NCBI GenBank assembly: GCA_965655095.1 | Contig: OZ296648.1 | Location: 101,556,001-101,620,000 of the forward strand | Source of the DNA: Haplodiscus bocki | Taxonomy: Eukaryota | Length of the DNA: 64,000 nucleotides | Reading direction: 5' to 3' | Shown: one piece after another, positions 27,943 through 42,818 of the stretch | Position numbering within the stretch: position 1 is the first letter of the stretch | Layout: each line of letters begins with the position of its first letter | Program-made: the position numbers and the translations under genes | Notes under the pieces: generated by a model | What the model was told of the DNA's origin: nothing | What the model saw: the letters and a program-made list of their open reading frames with translations, nothing else | Database searches by the model: none

Positions 27943-30639
27943 CTAAAAAGAACATCTGAAAATGTAATAATGTTTGGTCGTGTATGGATTCTTTGGTCGT
28001 AAAATTGCATATTGACGAACTTATCAGTAGCACAATGTACCTTTCTATACTCACACACAATTGCAATTCAGTTAATTTGAAAAGTATGCACAATCAGGAT
28101 GGATTCAATTCCAAAAGGCAAAGTAATCTGGTGGTGGCATAGATTGTCAAAAACGTTCAACTTTTTTCACTGTCACCAAAACAGTTCTAGAAAATTGGGC
28201 ATCGTTTTTCGTTGAGATATTCGCTAATTGTACAAACTCTCAAACCAGGAATCCTCAATAATTAATTGACAATTGTAATTGGATTTGAAAGTTCGAAAAC
28301 CAATTAATTGATCACTGGTATCCTCACCAATGAATTATTGCCATGATTGTGGCATAAAAAATATTCGAAAAACACAGCTTCAATTGAGACCTTCAAATCA
28401 TAAAATCAAATTCAACATTCGAAATCAAACCAATGTTGAACAAAAAGGCGAAGCTGTGCTTCGCATACACTTGCGACGAAAGTCACCAAGGGCATCGACT
28501 AATTAACAATCGACGAAAATGGTTTAATTGATTGTCAGTAATAAAGTAATGCGGGTTGCTGCAATGAATCCCGAATCGAAAAAATTTGGAGTCGAAAAGG
28601 TCAAAGCAGAAATCGATTGCATCTGAATTCTGATGACAAAGTTCACTGGATGTCGTTTATGACACCTCGCTTCGATTCAATTGACAATTATTCGTTCCTC
28701 AGTCGAACTTTGACAACTGATTTTACAAAGTGAAATATTTCAACTTTGAAGAATTTTTGAATTTGAGAGTAGAAATAAAGGACCGAAACCCCTGACAGAA
28801 GAATTAGCCATGCTGAACTAACCTTCCAAGCATGAATCAGCAAGGTAGTCAATATATTTTTTTTGGATGGAGCATTCGAAAAGTGTCGATTTTACTCCAA
28901 AATCGACAAAACCTAGGAAAAGTGGTACCAGCAGTATCGATTCCATACCTTACAACTTGCTAGCACATTTGGCCCACTCACCAGCAACTAACACATGCCA
29001 ATAGAAAATCGTTACGGCCAAGTACGCTTCTTCACTATTTAGAGGGAAAACTACATCGAATGGAAAAGTCCTCATCAAGTGGTGGGTGAGATAAAAACTC
29101 TCCAAAGGTTCATTTTAAACGATCCAACCTTATAATCAGTTGCGTACATATTCCACCATTTGAAACAAACGACAACTGTCCAGAGAATCTCCTTCAAAAA
29201 TTTGGTTGCTTCGATTTTATACGGACGAAACTACAACCATTGAGACGCATTTCAAATCGCAGGAAATAGGTTTTCTGATTCGACGTCTCTCAGTTTCTGC
29301 AAGGCTCATCAGATTCTCCGTGTGCTCGCTCAACGCTTAAAATCACAGCGGGGAACACCTCGAAAATGAAGTCAACTTTGGGCATCTGCAGGGAGTTTGT
29401 CAAACGCTGCCCTAGAATCATTATTATACCCTGCTCTATATTCCTGACTGTGCCAAGGCAGAAACTATTTTGAAGCAGACTATTCTTCAGGTTTTATCGA
29501 TAGCACACAATGCGCATGCAAAATTGATTTTCAGAAACAGAAAAAAAATCAGTCGCCAGTTCACAACAGTTCAGTTGCCAGTTCCATCCCAGTCAGCAGC
29601 GAGAAGATACAATCCCCCATGAATCGGAAGAGCACAGAAGGACTTGGTTGCAATTTCAAACATGCGTGGGAATATGAGAAACAATTTCATAGGGAACATC
29701 TGTGGGTAGAGGAGACACAGTTTTTCAACGTATGGTTCAGCCTGGAAAGTGACACGCACCTTTCAAAGAGCATAATATCACACAGTGACCTTCTCCCAAA
29801 AGGAATTCGGCAACTTTACGTACCAAAGCACAACCGCACAATGGATATTGATCAGGGTGTAGCAAATGCACAATGCACACGGTTCGATTGCATAACTGAA
29901 GCACTTGAAATAACTAGTTCGACGACAAGAGGCCAACAAGTACGCTTCAAAGCTTCTTCCTGTTTATGACGAGAATACAATTATTAATACATCATTTCTG
30001 TAAAAGTTTTGTTCTAATGCAGACGCTTGTCTTAATTCAAACTTTGCGCAATTCAATGTTTTCCTCAAAAGATAAATTCGAAAACTTTGCGGAATTAACT
30101 TTCTGGTTCCCCGAAACCACAACAATCAAAAATACTTTTCTTGCAATTTGTCTCTACGTAGACAAAACAATAGACTTGCATTTTGTTTAAATCAAGAATC
30201 AAGGATCCCTTTTGAGGCAATATGGGAGCAGACACCAAAAGAGGCAAAACCTTCGACGCAAAATCTTTTGTTGGCCAGGAAAAACCTAGCTTAGAATCGA
30301 TTCGCTCTAGTGGTAATCAAAGTGAACATTATAAGAATCAAAAACAAGTGGTGGAAGAACACGATTTCGCAATTATTTCTCAATGTTACATTGATCGCCT
30401 GGTTTTTGATGACAATATTCAGAAACAACCACCAATTAGTGTAAACTTGTGCAGCGGTGACGACTTCAAACTCAATCGATCTCTACTCGTAACACTGATT
30501 TATGATTTGGTTAGTTTGATTCTGGTCAATTTCTCATGAAACTGCCTCAACCTCTGCCAAACGGACAACAGATTCGCATCAAGCGTACAAGGGCTTTTGT
30601 CAGCTTGTTTAGGCCGTATCTTACCGATTCCAATGCAAG

Positions 30640-31200
30640 GAACAAGCCAATAAGCACTCAGTATGACTGCTTAATTCTGTTGCGGGGCCAGCAGCATCGG
30701 GAAATAAGACTGATGGGGCATATGATTGCCAATGAAGAAAAAATTTCAGCTATCTTTGACAAAATCATTTACTAGTATAAGCAATATCAACAACATCACG
30801 GAACTAAATCAGAGGATTGTGAGTCCAAACAGGTTGATATTGAATACATTCAAGGTTAAAATGGAACGCTTCAAAAAGCCTGAAGTACAAAAACAAATTT
30901 TAGTTGTGGATGATTTGGTCGAAAAAACGACACAAAGCAAAGAGTTCCAAGCACTAGTTATTTCTAGTCGAGAATCGAAGCGCTCAATTATTGCCTTCGA
31001 GAGGCAGTCTGCTCCAATAGCATAAACAATCGATTGAACGTCAAAGAGATAACTCTGTTCAAAATCCTATCGGATCTGGAGCAGATTCGTATTTTGGGGC
31101 GTCAATTGGGGGGAACGACATCTCGTTAAGGAAGTATATAAAAAAGCCTTTAAAAAACGATTCTGGTCATCTGATGATTGATCTATAGACCTGAAAAGTA
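30640..31200 (+). pseudogene. Polinton/Maverick packaging ATPase relic
   Basis: Disrupted Walker A VAGPAASG(N)KT, FDKIIY, Walker B ILVVDDL, then ITLFK...QIRILGRQLG and GHLMIDL across frameshifts. Confidence 0.75.
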
Positions 31201-31724
31201 AAATAACGCTATGCATTCTTCCAAGTATTCTAAGTATTCTAATGGAGTCACCATTATTTTACTGTTCAAGGGATCAACTAAACTTGAGTTTACGGAAGTC
31301 ACCTCGTTCAAAAATTTTCCTATAACCTTAAAAAGATTCTCCACTTTCAATTGTTCCGATGGAAAAATCAACTGGCAAGGATCGAGCGTTGATTTCTCAA
31401 ACCAATTTGAAATCAAGATTTTAGGACAGAGATAATGAAAGACACGAACATCAAAATCATAAGAAAACACTGCCCATCCACGGACAAAAAAGAGCGGGAA
31501 AAATTTCAGGCCGCCTACTACAATCGGTAAAAGCCGGAGGCAAAATTGATCGATTAAGATGTCGAAAAGGCCATCCAAAAAACGACTGCTCAAGCATTGA
31601 TGAGAGCAATCAAAACATTTTTGTCGATCAACAAGATGATAAGTCGAGCAATTTGCTTGCCATACTTGCTCAAAGGCACGGAGAATCGCCAACCAAACCC
31701 GTCAAACTTGACACTGATTGTCAT

Positions 31725-33170
31725 AATCTTGTTCAGATCATGTGATGGAACTTTCAAGAGTTCTTGATAAATTTGACTGGGAACATTATGTAATTTTGAA
31801 CTTCGGTTTGTTTTATATTTGAAATTTCTTGTTTCTCTTGATCACTTTTTGAGATTGGTGACATCAAGATCATTTGCTAAAATATTATTGAGGTCTTCTA
31901 AGTTTTGCGTCAAATCAAGGAATCAACAATACACGAAGCAAAATTAGACTTCATGAGATGGTGACCTGGATTGGTGCCTTCACGACAAACCATCACTATT
32001 CCGCAAAACAAACTTCAACTTGAAGCTAGCCTTAAAACTTGGAACGAAAGTGCGATCTTACAATCCATCAACAAGTGGCGAAAAGGAATTGGATTAAGAA
32101 AGTTGGGAACCATCAATTAGTTTAGTTTTCAGAGAGATGTCCAGGGTGAGGCAATGCGGGAAGAGCAATCTGACTGGCATCTACGGAGGTGACCGTACGA
32201 TCAACCAGGACGGATTCCGAAACCGCTCATTGGCCTCGCGATTATCGACCTTGCTGTTCGCTGCAGGAATATTTGGGAGCGCTGCAGTCTTCTTAGTGAA
32301 GTAGGGAAGTTTCAAAAAGGAGGGAAGTGTCAATCTTGTTCAGATTATGTAAAAGAACTTTCAAGAGATCGTGATAAACTTGACTGGGAACATTAGGTAA
32401 TTTTAAACTTCGGTTTGTTTTATATTCTACATTTCTTGTTTCTCTTGATCACTTTTCGAGATTGGTGACATCAACATCAGATGCTGAATTATTATTCACG
32501 TCTTATTAGTTTTGCGGCAAATCGAGAAATCAACAAAATACGAAGCAAAATTAGACTTCATGAGATGGTGACCTGGATTGGTGCCTTCGCGACAAACCAT
32601 CACTATTCCGCAATACAAACTTCCACTTGAAGCAAGCCTTATAACTTGGAACGGAAATGCGATCTTACAATTCATCAACAAGTGGCGAAAAGGAATTGGA
32701 TTACGGAAGTTGGGAACAATCAATTAGTTTGGTTTTCGAAGAGATGTCCAAGGCGAGGCAATGCGGGAAGAGCAACCTGGCTGGCATCTACGGAGGGGGC
32801 CGTACGATCAACCAGGACGGATTCCAAAACCGCTCATTGGCCTCGCGATTATCGACCTTGCTGTTCGCTGCAGGAATATTTGGGAGCGCTGCAGTCTTCT
32901 TAGTGAAGTAGGGAAGTTTCAAAAAGGAGGGAAGTGTCAATCTTGTTCAGATTATGTAAAAGAACTTTCAAGAGATCGTGATAAACTTGACTCGGAACAT
33001 TAGGTAATTTTAAACTTCGGTTTGTTTTAAATTTGACATTTCTTGTTTCTCTTGATCACTTTTTGGGATCGGTAAGATCATTAGTTGGTAATACAATATT
33101 GACGTCTTCTCAGATTTGCGGCAAATCAAGAAATGAACATTATAGAAGCAAAATTGGATTTCATGAGACT
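31725..33170. repeat. Tandem duplication with 607-bp period (~2.4 copies) inside the Polinton relic
   Basis: Anchor gataaa(t/c)ttgact(g/c)ggaacatta at 31766, 32373 and 32980; ~32140-32460 and ~32750-33060 are near-identical. Confidence 0.9.
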
Positions 33171-33394
33171 GATATAAGCAGCAGTTGGCTGAGCTTCACT
33201 CTACTGTTCGAAAAACGGAGCCACAGAAATGGTTCTACCGGTCTTTCAAAAGTGGTTAGGCGATGGAGCAAAAACCTGTCCTCCGGTCTGGTGCCAGGTG
33301 TTTGAATGGGTTCACTTGAATTGTTCAGGTTTGTAAACGAAAACTTAAAAACTTATAAGGATAGATACTTCTATCCTCAAGAAGTCTAAGTTAT

Positions 33395-34320
33395 GAGTGA
33401 AGACGATGAAACCTTCGCAGTTGCACATACCAACATTCGCGATATCCAGAGAAACCAAAAAAGACTACTGCAATATCGACCCACAGCAACTAACTGCTCA
33501 CCCACACATGTTAAACGCTATTTGAATTTGAGTGAAACTCGGACGAAGTTCAAAAACTGAAAACGTTTCCCGGGACTGAGACGTGTCAGCTATCGACTGA
33601 TTTTATATATTGAACCGGCTGAAAAGCAGCAATCATCCAAAGAAAGTTCGGGATTCAGGTGTCTGTAGCCGTCGACACTTTCAGTTGCTTTCCTTGGGTT
33701 ATCGGTGTAAAGTGGAAGACTCCTTCAGCTTGCGCTCAAGCCCTGAATAAAAATCATAGCAAACAATACCTGACGAAATGAAAAAGAATCTTGAGCAACC
33801 ACAAGCTTCCGGGGAAAATTATGGGCTGATCAAGGTGAAGAGTTTGCTGGAGAACTTCCAAAGTTTTGAAACCAGAAGTTGATAGATATATATTCCACAA
33901 GAAGCAGGACAGTCTGCCGCGGCTGCGAGATACATAAGAACATTGAAATCTTTCATTTCCATCTACCTAGAAGACCCTGACGCTAAGCGACATATTGACC
34001 AAGTTTTTCAATCATAAACAATAGAATCCATCAGATTGTTAAGTTGGCTCTAATCGCAATTGCTCAAAAAGGTGTTCCTTACTTAGTGTCTCTTTGAAAC
34101 ACTGTCACAACAACGATCAAAGTTCAAAATCAGGCACCGGATTCGCATAGGAAGGCCAATCCAAACGTTTCCTTGTTGTTGCAGGATACTATTCATTTCA
34201 AAACTTTCTACAATCTCACGTTTACCTCCGAAAAATCCGCCCCTCTACATTGAGGACGGTGACAACGGAATTAGTCAAGGTATATTCTATGAAACTGAGA
34301 TGCTAGAAATTGCCCCAAAT
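33395..34320 (+). pseudogene. Polinton/Maverick retroviral-like (c-)integrase relic
   Basis: VAVDTFS..W, KLWADQGEEFAG, ARYIRTLKS, KFKIRHRIRI and GIFYETEML correspond to Polinton integrase motifs; multiple stops and frameshifts. Confidence 0.75.
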
Positions 34321-34829
34321 TTCTGCCTTCGTCGTTACTTGACAATCAACCAAAGAGTAGGACCAACCCCTTTAAACTTTTAAACGCAAACTAATATACC
34401 AAAACCACCACCAATGGCAGCAGCCGCACTGGAGCTACCAGTATCATCACTATATATCAGTTGTGTTTTTGTGTTCATTCAAAAAGATGGATGTTCATTA
34501 TGATTCTCACAAAGCAGTAATTATCATTATCGTGTCACTTGCCAAAATATTTCTTATACCTCTCCGGCCCGCCAAGAGGGAGCGGAATCTACTGGCTTGG
34601 GTGAGTCTGCATTGCGCAGGGGAAAGGGCAATTCCAGTTATGCGGAGGAATTTTGTGCCTGTACCTGAACAGGTACGATAAATTCATGACAAGCTGCCAT
34701 ACCTACAAATAGCTACGTTTTGACTGTTGAAGAGACCCATTGGCAAAAAATGTAGAAACGGCAGCTAAAAAGCTTTGGAAAATTCATCCCAGCAACATGG
34801 ATGTTGGTGGCGGAGCTGAATTAACGCTA

Positions 34830-34945
34830 AATTGAACTTCGAATGCGTCCATGGAAACATTCCCAGGAAACAAACTGTCAAGTTTCACCACTCTTGCCCA
34901 AGCCAGTGAGTCTTTCTGAGGATTGGCAGATGGATTTGACGGAAA
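34830..34945 (+). pseudogene. Polinton minor capsid (penton-like) protein N-terminal fragment
   Basis: SNASMETFPGNKLSSFTT..PKPVSLSEDWQMDLTE resembles the Polinton SNASxxxFPxNxxSxFxxxLPxxxxLxxxWEVGLxE N-terminus. Confidence 0.65.
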
Positions 34946-35049
34946 AACTTTCGTCCGCATGATTAGCAGAATAACTCAGGGGTTAAAATTTCCAACTCAA
35001 AACCGATTGACCCTTTGTGATTCGTTGTGAATCGTAAGCAATACGCAAA

Positions 35050-38000
35050 AAAGTTGATCAATTTCGGAAAATACTTATCCTCGACCAATCAATAATAGAC
35101 TACTGTGCTTGAGTGAGGCAGATTGTTTCCTCTACATCAGGCTCCTCATCCAACTTGATATGCTAGGGCCACAACTCGTTTGTTTGGCAAAGCAATGCCG
35201 GTCCGGTTAGCCATCCGCTGTCGTTCAGTTGAGAAACTGTCACCTCACGAGTACCAATATCAGTTGGATTCATTGTGCCCTTGACATGTCACCATTCGTC
35301 AACACTTGCACAATCAAGGATTTATCCACTTCCATTAGCCATAAACACTTGTTGCTTCTTGCGAGGTTCATGTATCCATCGCAACACAGTCAACGAGTCA
35401 GTCCAATGATAAACCTTCACAATGTTGATATCATGAACCGCAATATTGAACTAAATCGAACAGCGTGTAAGGCAGCTTTGATTTCCAGCTTTGGAATTGT
35501 CTGCGGTTACATTGGTGCAATTCGACAGTTGCTGACAACAAAACAGTTGAACACCACTTTCTGTCTCTTCTCTGGAACAGGCAACTGTACATATTGCTTC
35601 TAGTGGGGCGTCAGAGAAAATGTGTAATTCCGCAGATTCCAGTTTACTGGTGAAGCTGTTCCGGTTCAGTTTCACATCCTTAAACTCCGTTGCCCACTCG
35701 AGGAAATTGGTTTCATCTGCTTCAGCTCTTTCATTGTCCCAAAGTTAACCATGTTTCGCCCATTATAGACTTCAAAAGAATCCGCATTCGCATCGTGAAA
35801 GGTGAAAAGACTCTCAATGGATAAAATACTGAGGCTACGAAACAAAACACCATTCTTTGGGTTCATTTTGTTAGAAAATACCTTCGAAGCGCCACCGCAT
35901 ATTTCAAGGGTGTCTTCTTCCATGTTCCGGTGAAGCCCAAACAAAGACCAGGCATCTGGTTCCACTGCAAAAGTTTTTTTTGTTGATTCTGCTCGATCGT
36001 TTTCAGGAAACGAACTCACCACGTTACCAATGCTGCTGATCCACTTCGTCAAGTTGAAGCCTGTTTTTTGCAGAGAAACTTTCAGTTGGCTATAGAGCTC
36101 AATAGCCTCTTCTTCTGCTTCCACCGATTTAGCGAAATCATGCATGTAAAAATTTCTATCAATTGTTTAGCACGCTAGCGGATAAGCGTCTTTCTTGTCC
36201 CTTTCAGTCTACTGGAGTGCGTAATTTGCACTGGTGGCAGAATTTTTAGCTCCAAAGACATGTCGCGTGTAATCGAATACTTTCACTGGCTTCGTCGGAT
36301 TGTCTACACATGAACCTCAACTACTTGCACTCCATGTCGCGTACTTGAACTTCCAGGAACAGAGCCTCGATATCCGCTGCCATAGCGGCGCTGTATTGTC
36401 GAAGGCGGAAAACAATCCCAACCAAAACTTGCAACAAATGGGGTCCGGCAGTCAATTCGTCAATGAGTGACACACCTTTGTGCTTTGACGCCGCATTGCA
36501 GACTCGTCGCAGCTTCTCAGGTTTTATTTGAGCTGGTCACTGGGTGATGCGTCAGGTACCACTAATGATCACTTCTAGTTCAATTAAATTCAGAATAGTT
36601 CAGCTTTCTGACATGTTTCTTGTCGATGTCTACGCTTATCGTTTCTTCAGATATGGATTTTTTCTATCTCCGCTCCAGTGAGGAAAGCTGAGTGTATACT
36701 GATACAAAATTGTTTGGAATTTCTTTACTTTCTGCCCACAGAAGACCAACTTCCTACCTAGCATTAACTCACTGCGTAGCTTTCTCCAGAATTCCAGTAA
36801 CTCCTTTGTGAACCCGAGACCGGCCACTGAAGCTGCAACGGGAAGCATAACATTCCATGCTCCACCATGATAACTTGTTCGGAAAGTTGCTCATTGTCAC
36901 TTGCTGCAAATGTAGCAAGTTGAGCCATTTCCTGTTTGGGAATCAGGTCCACTGAGAGTCCCAACGAGCTTCGTCTTGACCGCTCAGGGCTCATTCTTCC
37001 TTCCTTTCCTGTAATCTGTTGGTAACAGCAAATGAAAATTATCGTGACCAATGACAACTTTCACGTATTTCAAATCTTGATTGCTTGGAAGTGCTTTCAA
37101 AAGATGATAATTCTGTTTTATTTGGGAATAATCATACCTGCGGTTCCCCCGACACATTCTTTGGTGTACATGAAAAATAAATTCATCATGATCATTCGCA
37201 ATTAATTCTACCGAAACCCTCTCACTAGCCATGTCTTTTGTCCCGTTGATAACGGCAACACTCAGCGTCAGTTTTGTTCATTCGGTACCTAGCTGAGTCC
37301 TTATCTCCTCGTCAATGAAAGATAGAGTTGATCCAGTATCACATACAGCTAGCGTGTCAAATTGCTAGCACCATTGGAAAGTTGTACTGCTACCACTAGG
37401 AGCGAACTACTACACACGTTGGCGGTTAAAAAGGGATTCGTGGATCTATCGAATTTGACTTTTCGACTGAGTCCTCTCGTTTCTGTCAAGCAGTCGGTGG
37501 TGTTTCTTCGTTAAACCATCTTTGCCACAAGTTCTTTCCAACGAGAACTGACTCGCTCGATGTCCTCCACTCAAGCAGCAGAAACAGAGTTTGAGTTTCC
37601 TTCTGTTTTCACCTCTCTCGTCTGCTGTCATTTTCCTGAAGAGTGGACAGAACCAAAATTTATAGTCTCCATTCTTGAAAGGATATTTGGTTTCTGACAC
37701 ATCACTTTTCTCTGGAACATCAGATGTGAAAGTAGCTGCTTTCGGCTTGTCACGGCGAAACCTGCTTTTGTCCTCGGCCGTTCCAAATTGCATCTTCAAA
37801 TTATCTTGAACTTCAGGGATTGTCTTGATCCGTCCGTTAAGGACACGCATTGTTTCGAAACATGAATCGTACTTCTGCAGATATGTCAACCATATGGCTT
37901 TGAGATAGTTGGGTAATTTTCTGACACCACTAGCCAAAAGAGATTCAGCTATCAGGTTACTTTCATACCCAAACTGAGTGAAGACATCCGGAAACAATGT

Positions 38001-39120
38001 GCAAACTTGATCATTTCTGAGGAATCGTGAGGGTTCATAAGGGTTAAGAATGTATTCTCTTTAGTTGAGCATTTACCACCAATTTGAGACTCCAGCCAAA
38101 ATCTCTAGCCAGCGTTAGCCAAGCCAGTCTATACATGGTCCCATTATAATCCGTGCCTTCGTTTGCACCTTTGGCCTTCCCTGTCGGAAAAGTTCTCCAA
38201 TAATTCATCTTTACGTTCTCATCAACAGCGGCTCCGTCAACTGTCAACAAAAATGACACACCACTCTGGTCATTCCAAGGGATCGCCCGAAAACTTGTCG
38301 ACCACCAGTTTGGGTAATTTCATACCCATCAAAAGTAATATTGCTGGTTGACTTATGCAAGCATTAGCAGCAATTGATCCTGCAGTTGGGTTGGTACAAT
38401 CAGGGAATGAAGATCTTGCCGGGATCGTGAAGTGGGCTACTTTCTTTGCACTCAGATCAAAACTTGTCGAAGTAATGGTTGGCTTCGGATTGGATTCCGC
38501 CGGAGCCGCTCCAGCTCCACTTTTAAAGCCATTAACTTCTTGAACTGTCAGATTTCTATCGGTAGTACCGTCTAAGTCGTTCGTTGCTGAGTTCAACCAA
38601 ATTTTAGTTTTCTCTTCAGCTCTGAGGGAGATGCTAACACTTGGCAAATTGTCTCCTGAGCATCCGTTCGTGTCTTTTAACTGCAACCATTTTAGTTTGA
38701 TTTCCAACTCCATTTCAAGTTGAATAGCTGCAAATTCCATTGTTTCTCTTTTAACAAGAAGCTCCAACTTTCGTTGCTGCTCTCTCAACTCCATTTTTTC
38801 CCCTCTTGCGCGTCATTTCAGCGGCAACTTTCTCTTCCATGATTTTTGTTTCCATTTCGAAACGCTGGCTCGAAGACACATTAAATTTTCGAGGCAGCAC
38901 ACTTGTTTTGCCTCTCCCATCACATCTGCTCTATCTTCAAACAAATCAATCTTATATGGAGAGCAGCAATTTATAGTGGGAGTTTCTGGAAGATGGGGGT
39001 TTTCCTGATTGGTAGTGAATGGGGTTGTTCACCCGAAGCCGGTGGTTGGATCTCCTGATGGTTGAGCGCGTTGAAGTTGTGTTCTGGAAGAGCACTTGGC
39101 TCACCCTCACTCATCATCAA
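35050..39120 (-). mobile_element. Degenerate BEL/Pao LTR retrotransposon (gag, zinc knuckle, protease, RT, RNase H); truncated before integrase
   Basis: MKLPKLVVDKFSGDPLE and KMNY..T..TGKAK (Pao gag), CFCCLSGGH...C...HH.LL, CDTGST protease, KLRRVCNAA, YMHDF...GFNLTKW (RT), ELHIFSDA (RNase H). Confidence 0.88.
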
Positions 39121-42100
39121 GATGAAAGTAATCTCAAAGCCTCAATTACTGCGAGTCATTAGATATCCACTGACAACAAATTGTAAAGCAGAAAAAAAAG
39201 TACTGACTCATCATGAGATGCTTTTTTGTTAACCTAAGGTCCATCCAAGTAAGCATACCATAATTCAAGTGTGACACTAGCCTTCTGGGAGAACTATTGC
39301 GTCTTTTCCTTTTAGCGCGAACGAAAGAGTTTCCAGAAGCGCCAAATTTCCTTTTGAATACGCCACAGTCTGATCTCTTACTCGCAGCCAAGACTCAATG
39401 CGAGTCTTGATTTTTTCCTGGCCTCTCATTTGTATTGACAGAGCTTTGTAATTGTTCTCGAAGGATTTCTAAATCCGTCTTACTTTGCATTTGACCATCT
39501 GTATTCTGAAAGTAGGCTTGCAGGCTGGTCAAGATTTTGGGTTGATCTTTTCTGTTGAAAAAAGTTCACACACACTTGTTGAGTTCTACCCACTTAGAAA
39601 GGAATAACGATACTCCCTTGAGTACAACTTGAAGGTTACTTCTGAGCGTCGCAACTGGTCTTGATTTCAAGAGATTCAGTCCACACTTGCTAAGATTGTT
39701 GATTTTAGCCGAAAAATACAACTCCTAGTGTTCAATCAAATTGACCCATCTGAACAAAGATCCATCGTAAATCGTCAAACGAAAAACAGTAAACTCCAAG
39801 AGTATTAATGGACTAAATATTGAACACGTTATACACAAAGGACAGCCATTTTGAAAAATCCTCACTTCTCTTCAAGTCCTTTCCTCTGTATGGACCCCGG
39901 CACCAACTATCGTGTTACTTCTGTTGGCAGACAGACAGTTGACTTTCCTGTCACGATGCAGGAAAAATTTCTTGCTCAAAAAAGTCAGAACAAGCAAGCG
40001 TCCGGGTCGGCGGACCAAATGTAACGGCTGCCTTGAAGCACAAGAAATTGATCAAAAAATAACGCGGCCCCTGATAGTTGACTGCCGGGTGAAACAGTTC
40101 TCAAGCAGTCAAGAATCAAAAAAGATTGTATCTGAAAGCTTTTGGAATCGAAAAGAGCCCACTGGCTATTCGTCGAAAGTCTATCTTCAAAATCCTCTAT
40201 CCTCAAGCTATTCTGATTAGATCGCATCGATGATCAAAATTCAATTTTTTCTTGCTTGAAACTGGAGAGATCCCACGAAGAAAGATTAGACTCTGCTTAG
40301 GAACACTCAAACTTTGTTCTGACTCAATCATCAAAGTTATAATTTTACAGATGGTAGTGTATCTCATCAAAGTTCATACAAACACATGATTAGTCGAAAA
40401 AAATTCATCGCGTGATATTTGGAAGGAGTGAATCAAGCGTGTAAACTTTTCAAGGTAAAGATGAGATAAAATAGCGTACAAATCAAATATGAGTTATTAA
40501 GTTTGAGTTTAAAAATAATGATTTATGGACTTAATTATTAATGAAGGCTGAAAAATTAAAATCTGGCTCTATTATGGCGTTCAAATCAGCTTCTCTGGTC
40601 AAATTCAAAAACTAACGATTTGAAAGTGACATGCACAAATAAAGTCTAGGTTATTTGAACTGTACTAAATCAGGTACATTGTTCTTCAATTTCAAACTTG
40701 ACGTGTCCTTGAAACAAACTGATTTATAATTCATTTCCCATTGAAAACAATGGGAGAATTGTGTTTCTACAGAGTGACTCTATTCGCAATATTGAGTGGT
40801 TTCATTTCTGTACCTTCTGAATAAACATTTAAAAATATCAAAAACAAACTTTACAATGTCAATTAAATCCAATAATTAATCATATAATCGGTTATTTACT
40901 ATATATTGAGATTGAACACGAAAATTCCGTTATTACATTCTGTAGTCCGAATCATTAGCAGCACAAAGAAAAACGGCGCTGCTGGCACGTATTTTTGTAT
41001 GAAAGTCAGAAGTTCGATTTCAAAAATTTTGCTACCCTCTGTGGTTTAAAAAGTTCCAAGCTATTGGGGCCGAAAACTAAAAATCACCCACGATACGATT
41101 GTGCCTAAGAGCAACGAGCTCACATGTAGCGTAGTATGAGTGATATGTTATTGACCTCATGCAGGCGCTCCCATTTTGAGTGATGTAAATATTAATAACT
41201 TCACAAAACAAATTAGTTGCTTTGAAGCGAGTCAAACTGGCGAATGAATGAGAAAATCAAAAACCGCTCACGAGGCGTTTGTGAGCAATCTCCTAGAGCC
41301 TTAGTTGGGGGTGGTCACATTTTTTAACATTAATTTCTGGGAAATAGGTCCAAAAAGAGTGGCAAAAATTCTAGACGTTTGACTAAGTTTTTCAAGAAAT
41401 TGAAGGGTTATGAAGTTATTCAAGGCTTCTCCAAACCTTTCACAGAGCTGTAGGGAACTACAGTAGGTTCAATGTCAGGCCCAAATGAGTTTTGAACTGT
41501 TAACCGTATCTTCACGAATTAGATGTTTATGTTGAAATTGATGCGGTGGCGCCCACATTGGTTGTTAGAGTTGATAGTGAGGCCGCAATTACGGAGCTGT
41601 AACAAGAAAATTCGTAATCTTCATTTTTTTGCGTCTCATAACCTATTGTGGCGGTATCAACTTCCGACTAATTCTTTTTCAATGCATTGTCGATGCTGTT
41701 CAGTGTGCGGAGTGGGGTCCGGTTAATGGAATTCAGTTTCCCTTGGACACCTGTGAAGCAAGAAACAAAAAGGCGAAGCGGAACTTCGCAACACAATCAC
41801 TTCTCAGTTGAGATCACAGATCTTGAACAAGGCCGAGCTCCCGAGAGATATTTGAACCTTGATCGGATACACGATTGACACTTTTAGAAATAATACACCA
41901 GAAGTCTGTCAAAAAGTTGTTCGAAAAAGTCGAAATGAAACAACCTGTAAGAGAGTCTGATACTCGAAACGCTGATCTGTCAATCATGGCTTTTTGGATT
42001 CGCCATTTTGCGGCCTTAAAGATCTTCCAAAGTGAACAACGCCAAAAAATGAACAATACTATGTGTCCAAAAAACGTTACATGCAAAAAGTTTGAGCTCT

Positions 42101-42818
42101 CAAAATAGCCAATATTTGTCAACCAGACGTCAAAAGAACTCTACAGGTTTCTACCTTCGAAGTCTTTTTCACTAATATTAACCAATTTCAGAGCTCGAAT
42201 AACTTATATGTAACGTTTCTTTTGAGGAGAGCTAATACACTGTCCACAGTCTCATTCAAAACATTATTATGTCAAACATTACCTTTTAAAACGCTGTTGT
42301 TGGTTTTTCATACCAATTTTTGACAAATTGCACTTTCCAGAACGCGAAAATTAACAAGTACCTGCCAAAGTGTTCCAAATAGGGCACTTTTGGACCGTTT
42401 ACACTAGATGGCTAGACTCTTTGATGAAGTCACAAAATGCAACTTTTGGACAAGATAAAAAATTATGCAAAAGCAGGTTTCCAATACACATTCTTCTGAT
42501 CAGCGTCTTGGTAATTGCGAAGCAGGAAATGAATCTATAATTGCTCCAACTCCAAGTGCAATAACTGTGGGTCCCTGTATGTAATTTATGGCATAAAAAA
42601 TTACGCTATAACGAGGGTAATTCGCACCCGTGGATTTCTCGAAAATTTGGATTCGATGTATTACGGTTTGCATTATATCGAGGGGGCGTAATATCGAGAA
42701 TCAACTGTAACTTATATTAACTTATTTCAGCTTATTTTTCGATGGATTATCAGTTTCCCAACATTGGCTGGATTACGTGCGTTCCGTGTTGTTTCTTGGC
42801 AATTCATGGAGTACTTAC

